A stretch of DNA of 64,000 nt from Octopus vulgaris (taxonomy: Eukaryota): NCBI GenBank assembly GCA_951406725.2, contig OX597819.1, positions 11,594,001 to 11,658,000 on the forward strand. Reading direction: 5' to 3'. The position numbers were made by a program, and so were the translations under genes. The notes beneath the pieces were generated by a model. That model was not told the DNA's origin. It saw nothing but the letters and a program-made list of their open reading frames with translations, and made no database searches. Positions 13,969 to 27,843 of this stretch are shown one piece after another; position 1 is the stretch's first letter; each line of letters begins with the position of its first letter.

Positions 13969-15350
13969 TAGAAGAAAGTCCAAAGGAAGGGAAGACGGAG
14001 GAAGAAAATAGCCAGCGATACACACGTGGTCACATACACATATATATTTTTATTGGTATGTTGTACCAGATGGTTTCGCCACCCAGTACAATATTCCAAA
14101 ACTACACTGAGACTCTCGAATGAAATCTCCGTATTGTAGATGCTATGAGTCTTGGATCATCATGACCATCATAATCATCAGAAGGATGGAGGAAGAGGAG
14201 GAGGAGGGGAGGATCTTCATCATCGTCATAATTAGGCACAAGACTACAAACTTTGTGGTAGGGCACGAACGAATGCATTGTCCCCCCATTATTTAACTGG
14301 TACTTATATTCTTTCAACCCTAAATAGATAAACAACAAAATTGACTTCAACAAGACTTGAACTCAATGTCGTTCAAATTTGGAAGAATTAAACAAAACGA
14401 CAACAAAAACAGCTCCCAAATAGAAAATTATAAAATTATGAAGTTGAATCTAAAAACATTTTTTTTCTAATGTGAAATTCTCAGATCTTTCGCAAAATTT
14501 AGAACAATTTTTTTTAAACGTGAAAGAATAAATATAATTTCATAAACAACTAAACCGTATCCAATTATATATAATTACAGAAATTAATTACAAAAACTAA
14601 TTAAGTACATATTTTTTTTATAATTTACTTCTTGCCAGTGTTTAGATTAGAGAACCAGAAAAATTCCTGTAATAATTTTTAATTTGGATGAACGCAGTAA
14701 TGTTGCCCTCTGGTGATTTTCCATGCTTGTTTATTTTTAGAGCCGGGATAGGTTCGCGACTAAAATAATAGCACTTGAATATTTCAGTCTATGTCTGGTT
14801 CTGTCTACGTGTTTGTGTAAACGTCTGTCTATTCATCCATCTGTCTGCCCGTTCATGCCATGTCTGCCTGGGTAGGTGTGAGGGCAGATATAACAACAAG
14901 GGGCAACGTATGGCCACGAGAGGTCATTATGAACTTAGAAGAACTTAAAACCCTTTAAACTCATAAGAACATTCAAGCGCTGAACCCTATTGAGAAAACA
15001 GATTCAAAAGTAATACGACTGACGGTGCAGGTTACAAAACGAAGTTGTTATTCTTTTGGTAGCAAAAGCCACTTGAGGGGCTTTTACTCTTTGATGCTGG
15101 AAAATCAGAGAGGTGGGGGACAGATAAGGTGTACAACAGCAACCACAGCAAATCTCAGAGGCTGGTGTCCCAATAACTTCCGGTTATAGTTCCGATCCGA
15201 ATATAGTTTGAACAAATATCATGCCCTCAGTTCTGGAAATCGATGAACAGATCGCAAACCAAGAATCACAGCCGAGCAAAACACCACCACATCTATAAGT
15301 AAGAGGAAGAAATGATAGGAAAACAGAAAGAATTAACTGCTAGAGAAAAT

Positions 15351-15981
15351 GTTGGTTTCAAATTTTGGCATAAGCCAAGCAAGTTCAGGGAAGAGTGAAA
15401 AAAAAAAAGATTTCATCGACCTCAGTGCGTAACTGGTACTTATTTTTCGACCTCGAGAGACAAAGGCGACCGCAGCGAAATTTGAACTCAGAACGTAAAG
15501 ACAGTTGAAATGCTGTTTTTTTATTTTGCCCGGGAGTGCTAACGAGTCTACAAGCTCGCCGCCTTAACAGCTAGAGAAAATATTCTTTTCTACTCTAGAC
15601 ACAAAGCCCGAAATTTTGGGGGAGGGGGCCAGTCGATTAGATCGACCCCAGCATACAACTGATAGTTAATTTATTAACCCCGAAAGGATGAAAGGTAAAA
15701 TTGACCTCGGCAGAATTTAAATTCAGAACGTAGCGGCAGACGAAATACCTATTTCTTTACTATCCACAAGGGGCTAAACACAGAGAGGACAAACAAGGAC
15801 AGACAAACGGATTAAGTCGATTATATCGACCCCAGTGCGTAACTGGTACTTAATTTATTGACCCCGAAAGGATGAAAGGCAAAGCCGACCTCGGCGTAAT
15901 TTGAACTCAGAACGTAACGGCAGACGAAATACGGCTACGCATTTCGCCCGGCGTGCTAACGTTTCTCCCAGCTCACCGCAT
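15351..15981 (-). mobile_element. Tandem SINE family C copies
   Basis: Copies at ~15351-15563 and ~15585-15981 (the second with a duplicated 3' module), separated by a repeated target sequence. Confidence 0.85.
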
Positions 15982-16268
15982 TACTGCTCGAGAAAATATT
16001 AAAAGAAAAACAAGAGCCCTAGCAAGAAAACGCACCCAAATTTAACAGCAAGAAAATTAAGGATGCGGCCCGACCAAACCGACATGGGCTGTCATACTTC
16101 TTATAGGAAAGGAACTTTTAATGGACGACCAGAGCGAAATCTGAGAAAGTTTCAGAAAATAATGTGTAAATAAGCCAATATATAAAAGGCATTCAACGGT
16201 GTTACGTCTGCTCGAGACAAGATTGCTGGCCAGAGGAATTGTTCTTATCTGCGCGGGGTAATATTTAA

Positions 16269-16459
16269 CCCTTTAACTGCGAAATTATATTTCATAGTTA
16301 TTCTACAATTGATGTTAAATATCTACCAAAAAACTAGACTTGGTATTTTCTGCAAGTCATGTTACCTCACTTGACATATCTCAATAAAATTAGTTTTAAA
16401 TATGACATTCCTCAACAAAAAATAGATTGTGATATAAAACTGTTTTCCGTAGTTAAGGG
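16269..16459. mobile_element. Small MITE with CCC(T)TTAACT-type TIRs, left TTAA (piggyBac-like)
   Basis: ttaa-ccctttaactgcg ... cgtagttaaggg-taa; right TSD degenerate. Confidence 0.45.
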
Positions 16460-17184
16460 TAATTAAATTTTAGGAACGAATTTTTTCAGTATTTTGACGG
16501 AACCTATGACAAGAGTGAAAGCTATATCAGTGTCGTTGAGTGCTCTGACCTAATACAGGCGGGAATATTTTTAACCTCTACTTTCATTTTATTGCCGTTT
16601 CTGGTTTTTTTTTCATAAAATATTCTATTTATTCCATGTCAGTTTAGCTTCTGCTTTAAAGTATAACGTCCTCGACCCTCCCTCGTTTTTCTATATAATC
16701 TGTTTGTCCAACTCAAAACGTCTTTGTAAGCTCCCGACCCCAAACTTTCAGGTTATGTGAATATTATTGATTAGTATTTTAAGATTGATTGGGATTATTG
16801 TTAGTAACAGAAGGAAGAGTAGAAAGTAATATTACTATTTATCGGCCCCTCTCAGGGTCAATAAAATAGGTGTTGTTGTTGTTGTCGTCGTCGTCTTCTT
16901 CTTACAATCAGGACTCACGCCATTAGCCACAAAGAATAATCTCTAATTCGAACCTACTCTCAGCTACTTAGAATGCGTGTGGCAACTTGAAGATCCACCC
17001 ACCACACGCGATAGACTGGCGGTTGCACGGGCGCGAAAGCTACGTTGTTATCCTCATTACGTAAACGGTGGCTTTTTAACGGGTGGAGAACTAAACCATC
17101 CTGGGGTACAGAGGATTCGCAATCTAGACTAGGGCCTGAAAGTTTACCGTACCATAGTGAGTTACACCATGGTTCCTCTGCTTT

Positions 17185-17375
17185 GTGACAGAAGTGGGAA
17201 GAAAGAGTGAGAGAAAGTTGTGGTGAAAGAGTACAGCGGGGTTCACCCTCCCCCGCTGGAGCCTCATGGAGCTTAGAGGTTTTTGCTCAATAAACACTCA
17301 CAATGCCCGGTCTGGGAATCGAAACCGCGTTATTACGACTGCGAGACTGCTGCCCTTTCCACTGGGTTATTTCGC
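17185..17375 (-). mobile_element. SINE family A, partial and diverged
   Basis: Matches 49580-49770. Confidence 0.75.
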
Positions 17376-17825
17376 CTCCGCTGTTGTTGATGTTGTCGTC
17401 GTTGTTGTCACAAAGGTTACAAGATGGCAGAAGTTTTACTGTTCCGAACGAAATACTTTGCGGCTTTTCTTCAAAACGCTGTACGTTCTGGGTTCCAATT
17501 CTGTAGATTTTGCCTTTCGTCCTCCTTTCGGTGTCCATTAAAATTAAAGCTCCAGTGAAGTTCTGGGGTCGATGAAACCGACTTGCCCCTCCCCCTCAAA
17601 GCTGCTGGCCTTGAGCCAAAATTAGAAAGAATTATTTTTATTGTGACAGTGTGTGTTCGTGTGTCACGCTTCGAAAGGAATCATAAAGGAATCACATCGC
17701 TTCGAAGAGAACCAAGTGAAAATGGTTTTCTTGCAAAACACGTTGAAGTGTTTTCTTTACCAAACATAAACCAAAGCATTTCCCTGGGCCAACAGCAAAT
17801 GTTATTTTCTTTTTTTTTTAATACA

Positions 17826-18238
17826 AGGCGGTGAGCTGTCAAAAACGTTAGCACGCCGGGCGAAATGCTTTGCGGTATTTCGTCTGCCGCTACGTTATGA
17901 GTTCAAATATTGCCGAGGTCGAGTTTACCTTTCATCCTTTCGGGGTCGATTAAATAAGTGCCAGTTACGCACTGGGGTCGATATGATCGACTTAACCCGT
18001 TTGTCTGTCCTTGTTTGTCCTCTCTGTGTTTAGCCCCTTGTGTGTAGTAAAGAAATAGGTATTTCGTCTGCCGTTACGTTCTGAATTCAAATTCCGCCAA
18101 GGTCGACTTTGCCTCTCATCCTTTCGGGGTCGAGTAAATAAGTACCCGTTATGCACTTGGGTCGATGTAATCGACTTAATCCCTATGTCTTTCCTTTTTT
18201 GTCCCTTCTATGTTTAGCCCCCTGTGGGGCTAAATAAA
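17826..18238 (+). mobile_element. SINE family C with tandemly duplicated 3' module
   Basis: Head aaggcggtgagctg; module restarts at ggtatttcgtctgccg (18058). Confidence 0.88.
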
Positions 18239-20347
18239 GTCATAAATACAAAAGAATAATGAATATAACGCATCCTTATTTTTTACAAACGATAAACAGA
18301 TCTAATAGTTTTCAGTAATTATCCAAAACCGCCATTAAGAGAGGCATAACTCCGCGTAAACATAATTGGAGTAATTATATATGACGAATAACAAATGTCT
18401 CGTGTACTTCTTTTTGTCCAACTCCACCAGAGATTCATTGTGCCTTTTTCACATTGAATGCTTTTTGTCTCAACCGGCATTATCCAGTTCATCACTCTAC
18501 TATCATTATGAAGTACTGTCGTTTCTTTAGAACTTCATTTCCTGGGAATTGTCGAAGCGTACTAATATTGTTTTAATCCTCACTGCTTCACATGTTTATA
18601 ATATTTTATTATTGACTCAACTCGAATTAGCAAATAATTTGTTTGCTAAATTCTAGAAACAAGAGCGACCAGCCTTGCTTAGATTCAGAAATCCGGGAAG
18701 TATCTTTGACTGGAGATACAATAATGCCAAAAACACCGGTGTCTTAGAATCTCCCGACGTTGCTCAACTGAGTGAGTCTTTAACACACTGTCTGAAGGAA
18801 GTTGTTCTCTCAAGACAACATACAACAGCAATTAGCGTATACACGTTCAAAGTGCCTGGAATTAATATGTATGTACGTCATCTTTTTTAGTGTGGCAGTG
18901 TTATGGATAATTTAATTTTCCTATTTTGCGAAGTAAAACACTTTTACCTTTACTGTGACCAAGATAAAAAAAAATTCCCTTTCGTGAGGCAGTAAACAGT
19001 ATGCAAAGAATTTGAGTCACCTGTTATCTTTTATTATTTTTATATTTCTGCAAAGTTTTGCATAATAAATTTTTATTCTCATTTCACATTTAAACAAACG
19101 TCCAGTTAAAAAAGCGAAAGTGCTTACCTTGAGAAAAAAAGGATATATCTTGGCGAATAATTTCAGATTTATTTCTTGTGTGTATTTGTGTGTGTTTAAA
19201 AATGGATCTAATATCATTAAATAATTGTTGTAATCCATCATTATGCATTACAAATGACAAATGGTTATATCTTTAAAATAGAAATATTATTTCTAAATCT
19301 CTCAGAGACATTCAGTGACAGTTCTTTAAAGTAAGGGTTATTTGCTACTATAATGCAACTGGCCTGAAAGGGACGATATTACTGTTACTTTAGCCCCAAG
19401 TGCGACTCACTGTGTCCTTATATTTTCGAACAGGGAGCTCAGCATTCCCATCAAGCGCTGCTGAATTCACCATTCGAATATATGCTTTCCAAAGTGACAC
19501 ACAGCCACTGATCATAAAATAGAAATATTATTATTACTAAATCTCTCAAAGAGAGACATTCAGTAGCAGTTCTTTAAAGTATACCTTTAATTAATGGTTT
19601 AGATCCATGATTAGGACATTTATGAAAAGTTCTAGGAAATGCCATGCTTTGCACTGTGAATTTCATTAAACATTGTGTTCTCACTTTGCATTTAAATAAG
19701 TTTCACCGAGGAACGAAATCAAAGACTCGAAGCAACAAGAGAAACAATAACATTGATGCAGAAAGAATAAGCTGAAAGAGAAAGAATTCTTTATAATATT
19801 TGGCACAACACCCGCAATTTTGAGGGGAGGGGCAAATCAATAACATCGACTGACGCGTATTTTATCAACCCCGAAAGGATGAAAGGAAAAGTCGACATTT
19901 AAACACCGGATGTAAAGAGCCGGAAGACACAAAAAACGAGATGATAGAAAGGATGGAAAGAACACAGACAAGAAATAAGAGAAAATTTATGAGAAAAGTA
20001 ATGGAAAGAAAAGTCGACATTTCTGAATATGTTGACATGGGAGGTGGTGGATCAAAGAGAAAAACCACTTGATGTGAAGAGAAGACATGGGGGATGAACG
20101 GATTGTGTGCGACCACATCTTAAGAAAGAAGGAGGACGAGATAATATGAAGAACAGCGGACTGAATGTCAATAAGAGGAATCAAGTTCTGCGAGACAATA
20201 CAAACGAACGGCGCCTGCTTTATTTGGTAAATGTTCAAACAAGAAGAAAACATCAGGTTTGGTGTTTCTGTTGTACAACATATGAATGATCAAGTTAGAG
20301 TTGAACCATGCAACAGTGGAGAAATGAGACGCTTTGAGACTCGGAAA

Positions 20348-20740
20348 TCTTTATATATAAAAGTGAAGTTGTGTGTCTCTCTCCTACGATTTAGATTCCT
20401 AACTACTCCCACATTTTGCGGTGCAGTGTAACCCAAACCGGGTATCTTATAGTCGTGATTCATATCGAGCCCTTCTGGGTATTAGCGCGCGTCTACGATG
20501 AGTCTACGATTTTTAAAAAATTACCATCATTTTTTTCCATTTTAATGCATTTTTTTCGCTATTATATAAGGGAAGTAACTCTCTAAAAATGTCTACGATG
20601 AGTCAACGATTAAAAAAATTACCATCATTTTTTTTCCATTTTTAATGCATTTTTTTGCTATTTTTTGGCTATAACTCTCTAAAAATGGTTATATAGTTAT
20701 TTCCCTTACAAACCCGAGCAACACCGGGCGATACTGCTAG
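20348..20740 (+). mobile_element. Non-autonomous Helitron
   Basis: A|TC start, 3' hairpin then CTAG|T; internal duplication gtctacgatgagtc...accatcattttt. Confidence 0.85.
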
Positions 20741-21544
20741 TTAATATCTAAATTATTGTCATAATGATAAATGTGACCACCTCTTAGGAAGACTTATCAT
20801 GATTAATTGAAATTAATATTTAATGACAATAATAAAAGAAGAAATAATTTCCAGAATATTCGATATTACTGTTGTGTAGTTTATCGTGTTACATTATAGT
20901 TGTTTCAGTTGTGTAGTTTGTAAAACTTACCACACCTGAAGGGAAGTGATGTACAGGTGTGCGGCATGTACTTGTTTACTTGTATGACATGTTAGGCCTT
21001 CACAACTCTACAATTTGAAGGGTGCTAGTGATCCCGAGAGGAAGGATTCAAGATCGAATGTCGATGGTTAAATACTCGTCTGTCGACCTAGTATGTACGG
21101 CTTCCCATTAGAAAGGTATCTCTGCACTATAAAGCCGTCTCGATGGGAAGGCCAGTAACGGCGCGCATTCTCTCCTGAGAGCCCTTGAAACCTATCCGCG
21201 TCCGGTATGCGGAACTTTCGATTGGCAGCAGTTGTACAAATCTCTAATTTTAGAATTCAAATTCAATCTGTAATCGGTAAATGAATGCCAAAACATTTGA
21301 CCCCCTTTGCATAAGCGAGGCTAACGAAGCTTTAAAACACCGGACAAAATCGTCTCAAAATTAGAAAATGTTTACTATATGCCATGAGAACAATACAAGA
21401 CAATAGTCTTTTACAAGCCATACACTACAGCCTTTAAGACTTATAGATTTATAGTGTATGGCTCTACAAGCCATGCACAACACTCTATAAGTCTTTCCTA
21501 TTTATCTAGGTATCTTGATCAGAGTTATATGATTAAAATATGTT

Positions 21545-21641
21545 TGACAAGGCTGGCCCTTTGAAAAACTCATTTTTGCCATCTGAGAGGACTGGAGCAA
21601 GGTGAAATAAAGAGTCTTGCTTACGGACATAACGCGACACT
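21545..21641 (-). mobile_element. SINE A2 fragment, inverted relative to 22362-22527
   Basis: Reverse complement of 22430-22525. Confidence 0.75.
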
Positions 21642-21934
21642 ATATATATATATATAAGAGGTACGTTCACTCTCAGGAAAGCTGTTCCTCGTAAATACGA
21701 ACTACACTTCAGAGGAAGCCCTGACATCGGGCACTGCAATTTATCCACAATTACTGAAAGCGTTGCTATTTACTCGGGATTCTTAAGGCCCTCATAAAAA
21801 ATAAGCCATTATAATTTATTCATGAAAATCCCCCAATTAGTATTTCCTATTTATCTAGCCATCTTGACCAACTGTTTATCCGACTGTTCTTCTTTAAGGG
21901 GTATCTGGGCTGATGCAACAATTTATATATGCAT

Positions 21935-22072
<138 letters not shown>

Positions 22073-22096
22073 TATACACCATATATATATATATAT

Positions 22097-22162
<66 letters not shown>

Positions 22163-22180
22163 TATATATATATATACATC

Positions 22181-22212
<32 letters not shown>

Positions 22213-22228
22213 TATATATATATATATA

Positions 22229-22324
<96 letters not shown>

Positions 22325-22361
22325 TATATATATATATATATACATCATATATATATATATA

Positions 22362-22527
22362 GTGAAGGCACGTGGCCTAGTGGTTATGGAGTTCAGCTCA
22401 TGATCGTATGGTCGTGAGTTCGATTCCCGGTGTCGCGTTATGTCCGTAAGCAAGACACTTTATTTCACGTTGCTCCAGTCCTCTCAGATGGCAAAAATGG
22501 GTATTTCGAAGGGCCAGCCTTGTCACA
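22362..22527 (+). mobile_element. SINE family A2, 5' part
   Basis: A-box TGGCCTAGTGG, B-box GAGTTCGATTCC. Confidence 0.8.
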
Positions 22528-22562
22528 AAGTGTATCACGATTTTGTGTGTGTGTGTATATAC

Positions 22563-22618
<56 letters not shown>

Positions 22619-23765
22619 GCACACACAGTGAGAGAAAGATATATATATGTATATATATATTGTGTGTGTGTGCGCGCGCGCGCGTTTACACAAGTGAATT
22701 TAAAAGGATTGACAAAGCCCTACAGCACAGGTTTGACTTACAATTTATTGATTTCATTCCTTAAAGGGGTTCTATATATAACTGATTTTTCGGGATAAAG
22801 TACCCTATTCATAGCTTGAAAATTATATTGTAGGACTTCAGAGGTTCTATGGACATCGCTAATCTGTCATATCTTGTATGCGCAAAAGTTCATTTGCTCT
22901 ACAGATATTGCACAGTCAGCGAACAGCTCTCCTTTTCCAGTGCAGAGAGAGAGGAACTTACCGAAGTCTTCAGCTATCCTGGTGTAAATTCAGCAGCAGT
23001 TATCTTTTACCCTCCTTTCTTCATCGTTCTTCATCTGGTTGTATGCAAGCGTGTACATATGTGTGTGCGTGTATATGTATGTAAAAATATATTATTTGCA
23101 GCATATTTCGTACTAAACTGTAACACAAATTTGTAAAGTAAGGCTTTTTTAATTTATTTAACTTGTATAAACAATAATTCTAAAATATATTCCAAATATT
23201 TTAGTTTAAATATAAATACACACGTGTGTGCGAGAGAGTTTGTGTGTGTGAGTTTGTGTGTGTGTGTGTGTGTGTGTGTGGTGAAGGCTGGCTTCCGCTA
23301 AGATTCCGCTAACAAATTGCTCGCAAAAAGCGTTAGTGAAGAACAAGTATATAGTAGAGACATGTACAAATATTCAAGGTGTCTCGCAGTGGTAATCGAA
23401 CCCGGGGACCTTGTAGCTGAGAAGCAGACTTCTTTAAAACACTTGTTGTTGGTGGTGTAATTGTTGTTGTTGTTGTTGTTTTATCTCTTATAAATCAGTG
23501 CAGCATACGGAGCTTCCACATATATCTAATGTCACCGGGCAAGGCATGTATGCCCTAACATCTTGTTTCTTTCCTATCAAACAATATTCGGTAAGAAATC
23601 AGAAATAGTAAAAGGCAAGAAAAGTCACTGGAGAAATAACAGAGGTCAGAGGTTGATTTCCTGTCAGATACAAGAGTCTTCGACTTCGACAGTCTAGTTA
23701 GCTGTAAGATGGTACAGTCTGAGTTTCCAAAGTGAACAACAGTCTTCCTAGCAGTAAATAAGTAC

Positions 23766-23998
23766 CCATTTCTTTACTGCCCACAAGGGGCACACACAGA
23801 GGGGACAAACAAGGACAGACAAACGGATTAAGTCAATTATATCGACCCCAGTGCGTAACTGGTACTTATTTAATCGACCCCGAAAGGATGAAAGGCAAAG
23901 TCGACCTCGGCGGAATTTGAACTCAGAACGTAACGGCAGACGAAATACCGCTAAGCATTTCGTCCAGCGTGCTAACGATTCTGCCAGCTCACCGACTT
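23766..23998 (-). mobile_element. SINE family C with TSD
   Basis: Flanked by cagtaaataagta and cagtagataagta. Confidence 0.9.
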
Positions 23999-25013
23999 AA
24001 CAGTAGATAAGTAGTGTTTCCAAGTACAATCTAACAAGCTGTAAAACCGTAATACACTGAAGTAGAGTCTATCTGACTTATAGGAGGTTTACATCCGTTG
24101 AGTAGGCAATCACTACAACAGTGGCTGACTTTTATTCTCTGTCCCAACTTTATCAGGTCTTTTGTTCTTGCACGGGGTTGCTGTTTATCGTTGGAATATT
24201 TCACTTGTAATTCATATTTTGAAATATGTGGAAACATCCTGGTTCTGATGTGTCTTTGCTACGGCCATCTGGACAACCTTCATTCCGGATAACATTGTAC
24301 ATGGGTTTGGCAACTATGTCAAGCTTCATGGGAAGGCAAATGACGTGGTTAGTATAACACAAAGATATTTTCTGTCTCAACGTGGAGGTTTAAGGGCAAC
24401 CTTATCCCTGTAATTGAACAAGTATTTAGAAACAAACTATATCCTATTCTTGAATAGCAAAAATTCATTCTTCCAGATGGGATGCGAATCGCCAGGAAAG
24501 ATTACTGTTCCTCTCAATTTTATCGGTAATCTCTTGTTGACAGTATATGTATGTATATACGCATGCATAACTTTCTTCTGGTATCATAAATGTCCATCTA
24601 AAGTTTCTCTTTAAGAAGATTTGCCCATCTACCTTTGGTTCAAATGGAACCGCTGTACATTCAGAGGAACTATTCAGGAATTCTTCGCCTACATCCAAGG
24701 TGTTATTATTATCATGCTCAGTATAAGGCGGAAAGCTTGCAGAATCGTTAGCTCGCCGGACAAAATGCTTGACAGCATTTCTTTCGGTTCTACGTTCAGA
24801 CTTCAGATGCCGCCGAGGTCGACATTGCCTTTCGAAATAAAACCAGTCGAACATGGAGTGGGGTTGATGTAATAGACTAGCCAAACAAAAATAAATAAAT
24901 AAATAAATAAATAAACTTCAGGCCTTTTGATGTAATCACTAATGCTATAAGACAGATAACTGGTTCGATTCTCGTAGACTGCTCAAACTTAACTTTTCCT
25001 ATCTGAAAAGTCA

Positions 25014-25065
<52 letters not shown>

Positions 25066-25150
25066 ATATAGGGTAGCAAAAAAATTCAAGAAAAATTTTT
25101 CCGCAACCAGCGGTCAAGTGAGAAAATAGAAATAGTCACAGACTATATAA

Positions 25151-25341
25151 TATATTCAACAAAATATTAAGGAAAGACCCTTACAGGTCATTCGACTCAC
25201 TTGAAAAGAGCAGCCTGAAAAGGATAAACGTTTTTATTTCTCCTTTAGCTTTCAGAATTACTACTATATTTGCGGTTTGAGTTTTGGCTGCTCTTTTCAA
25301 GTGAGTCGAATGACCTGTAAGGGTCTTTCCTTAATATTTTG

Positions 25342-25350
<9 letters not shown>
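25151..25350. repeat. Perfect 65-bp inverted repeat with 70-bp spacer
   Basis: 25151-25215 is the reverse complement of 25286-25350. Confidence 0.95.
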
Positions 25351-25390
<40 letters not shown>

Positions 25391-25394
<4 letters not shown>

Positions 25395-25608
25395 AATAAA
25401 TGAAAGAATAGAGTTGAACGACGAATTAACAAAATTCCTTTATTCTCGACAAATGTTTCGAAGGCTGCATATTCCTAATTTCGAAGGAATAAGGGGTGCA
25501 TTATGCCGCCTTCTCATCAGGAAAAACAAGGAACTTATGTCAGCATATGTCGAGAATAAAGGAATTTTGTTAATTCATCGTTCAACTCCATTCTTTCATT
25601 TATTTGTA
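25391..25608. mobile_element. Fold-back module with hammerhead (PLE-type pseudo-LTR)
   Basis: Arms 25391-25456 and 25544-25608; minus-strand hammerhead 25443-25524. Confidence 0.75.
25443..25524 (-). ncRNA. Type I hammerhead motif with long stem II
   Basis: CTGATGA-gaagg...ccttc-GAAA-cat(t/a)tg-TC; the inverted arm preserves palindromic catatg. Confidence 0.65.
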
Positions 25609-25751
25609 TTTAAAAAAACACACAAATTTCCACACGAAAGCACGTGATCTCTGCCCTTGGCATGTAGCTTCAACCGTGTTTTTCTGACGTGAATTTGCTA
25701 CCCAGGTATCGGTTAACCGAATTATCCATAAGATAATTCATTCAACTACTC

Positions 25752-25822
<71 letters not shown>

Positions 25823-25913
25823 TGTATATATATATACACTTTCCTCCACCTCACTCTCTATTTTGTATCACATCACATCTCAACTAAGTATGACTTAACC
25901 ATCCTCTCACGCC

Positions 25914-25965
25914 GTCTCCGATGAAGGGATATAATTGATAAATGTCATGGAAACAGCTGTAAGAC
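25914..25965 (+). ncRNA. Minimal type I hammerhead motif (stem II decayed)
   Basis: gtct-CCGATGA-...-GAAA-cagctg-TA-agac. Confidence 0.6.
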
Positions 25966-26636
25966 CTATCTATAAATGCTTTAATATCTACACACCCTTT
26001 GTTTTTTTATCTCATTACACAAAGAATTCTTATATGTATATACATATGTGTGTGTGTTTATTACATAAGATAGTTCTTTATACATTTGAGTGTAGACAGG
26101 TTGCAGAGATAAGGCTGTATATGTGTGATTGTTGAGGAAGGGAGGGAGGGGAGGCTAATGTTATGTCTGCGACTTATTATTTATTGGATGTTTTCATTTG
26201 TGCAGCTGCCCACCGCTGTGTCTACGCACTTTCTGCGTTCTTTAAGGCCTTTTGTTTGTGTAAAGCACCACGGCAGAGGCTAAGCTGGAGCATCGCCTAT
26301 GCAACGTGCGTGTTCATATGGGTGGATACATATATATAAACACGTGTATTTAAATGTTTACATATATTCATACATACACATATATTTACATACATACACA
26401 CATACAAACTCACACACAAACACAGATATATATGCATACACATATTGACAAATATATAAATGTATGTGTACATGTATATACATGTATGTAAGTATATTGT
26501 ACGTCTATATGTACATATTTGCGTGTATGTGTGTGTGCGTGTACGTGCTTATATGTTTGTGAATATATATTTGTATATATGCATATATGTGTGTATATAT
26601 AACTACATATATGCATATATGTGTGTGTATATAACT

Positions 26637-26730
<94 letters not shown>

Positions 26731-27113
26731 CATACATATACATATGCATACATACATATATATGTGTGCGTGTATGAATTTATATATGTGTATTTGTGTG
26801 TATGTATGTATGTATATTTTTATGCTATGTCCATAGAATTCCGTAGACAAACGCAAAATATAGTAAATAAATTCGCCGTGAGAAGATGAAAACCTAATGT
26901 TTCGTATATATGTTCTTATTACGGATGTAATAAAATGGCAGCTGTAATAAGGAAAGGAGAGAAGAAAATATGGATTGCATGTGGAAGGGCAGTAAGAGTG
27001 GGTGATAGAGTAGCTAAGTGGTAAGAGTTAATGTAAGAGGAAGGATTGTAAAAGGTTTTTGCGAGTGCCATCTCAGTTTAAATGGAAGAATGATAAATGA
27101 GGGCTTCGTCAAA

Positions 27114-27519
27114 TCTTTATATATAAAAGTGAGGTTGTGTGCTGTCTGTCTCCTACGATTTAGATTCCTAACTACTTCCACATTTTGCGGTGCAGTTTAA
27201 CCAAAACCGGATATCTTATAGTCGTGATTCATATCGAGCCCTTCTGGGTATTAGCGCGCGTCTACGATGAGTCTACGATGAGTCTACGATTTAAAAAAAA
27301 ATTTACCATCAATTTTTCCCATTTTTAATGCATTTTTGGCATATATAAGGGAAGTAACTCTCTAAAAATTTATTATTAAATCTCAGAATGTAAAAAGCTA
27401 CAGTAACCCCCCCCTTTGTGGTTAGCCATATTGAGATGGCTATTATACTTTACATCTCTAAAAATGCTTATATAGTTATTTCCCTTACAAACCCGAGCAA
27501 CGCCGGGCGATACTGCTAG
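27114..27519 (+). mobile_element. Non-autonomous Helitron
   Basis: A|TC...cccgagcaacgccggg...CTAG|T. Confidence 0.85.
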
Positions 27520-27554
27520 TGATTAAATAAATCAGATGACGAATGAGAAATGTA

Positions 27555-27775
27555 GGAGGCGAGCTGGAAGAAACATTAGCACGCCGGGCGATAATGCTTG
27601 GCGGTATTTTGTCTGTCTTTACGTTCTGAGCTCAAATTCCGCCGAGCGGGGGTCGACTTTGCCTTTCATCTTTTCAGGGTTCGATAAATTAAGTACCAGC
27701 TGCATACTGAGGTCGATCTAATTGACTGGCCCTCTCCCCAAAAATTCCGGGCCTTGTGCCTAGAGTAGAAAAGAA
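27555..27775 (+). mobile_element. SINE family C
   Basis: Family motifs, diverged copy. Confidence 0.8.
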
Positions 27776-27843
27776 TGTGTACTCAGTGAATATACACACT
27801 GACTTCACAAACTGTACGCAGTATATACAACACTGTATAAATT

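Noticed and set aside
16900-17180. Possible retroelement 5' region with an HDV-like ribozyme
   Set aside because: GC-richer patch, but no nested double pseudoknot could be traced by eye.
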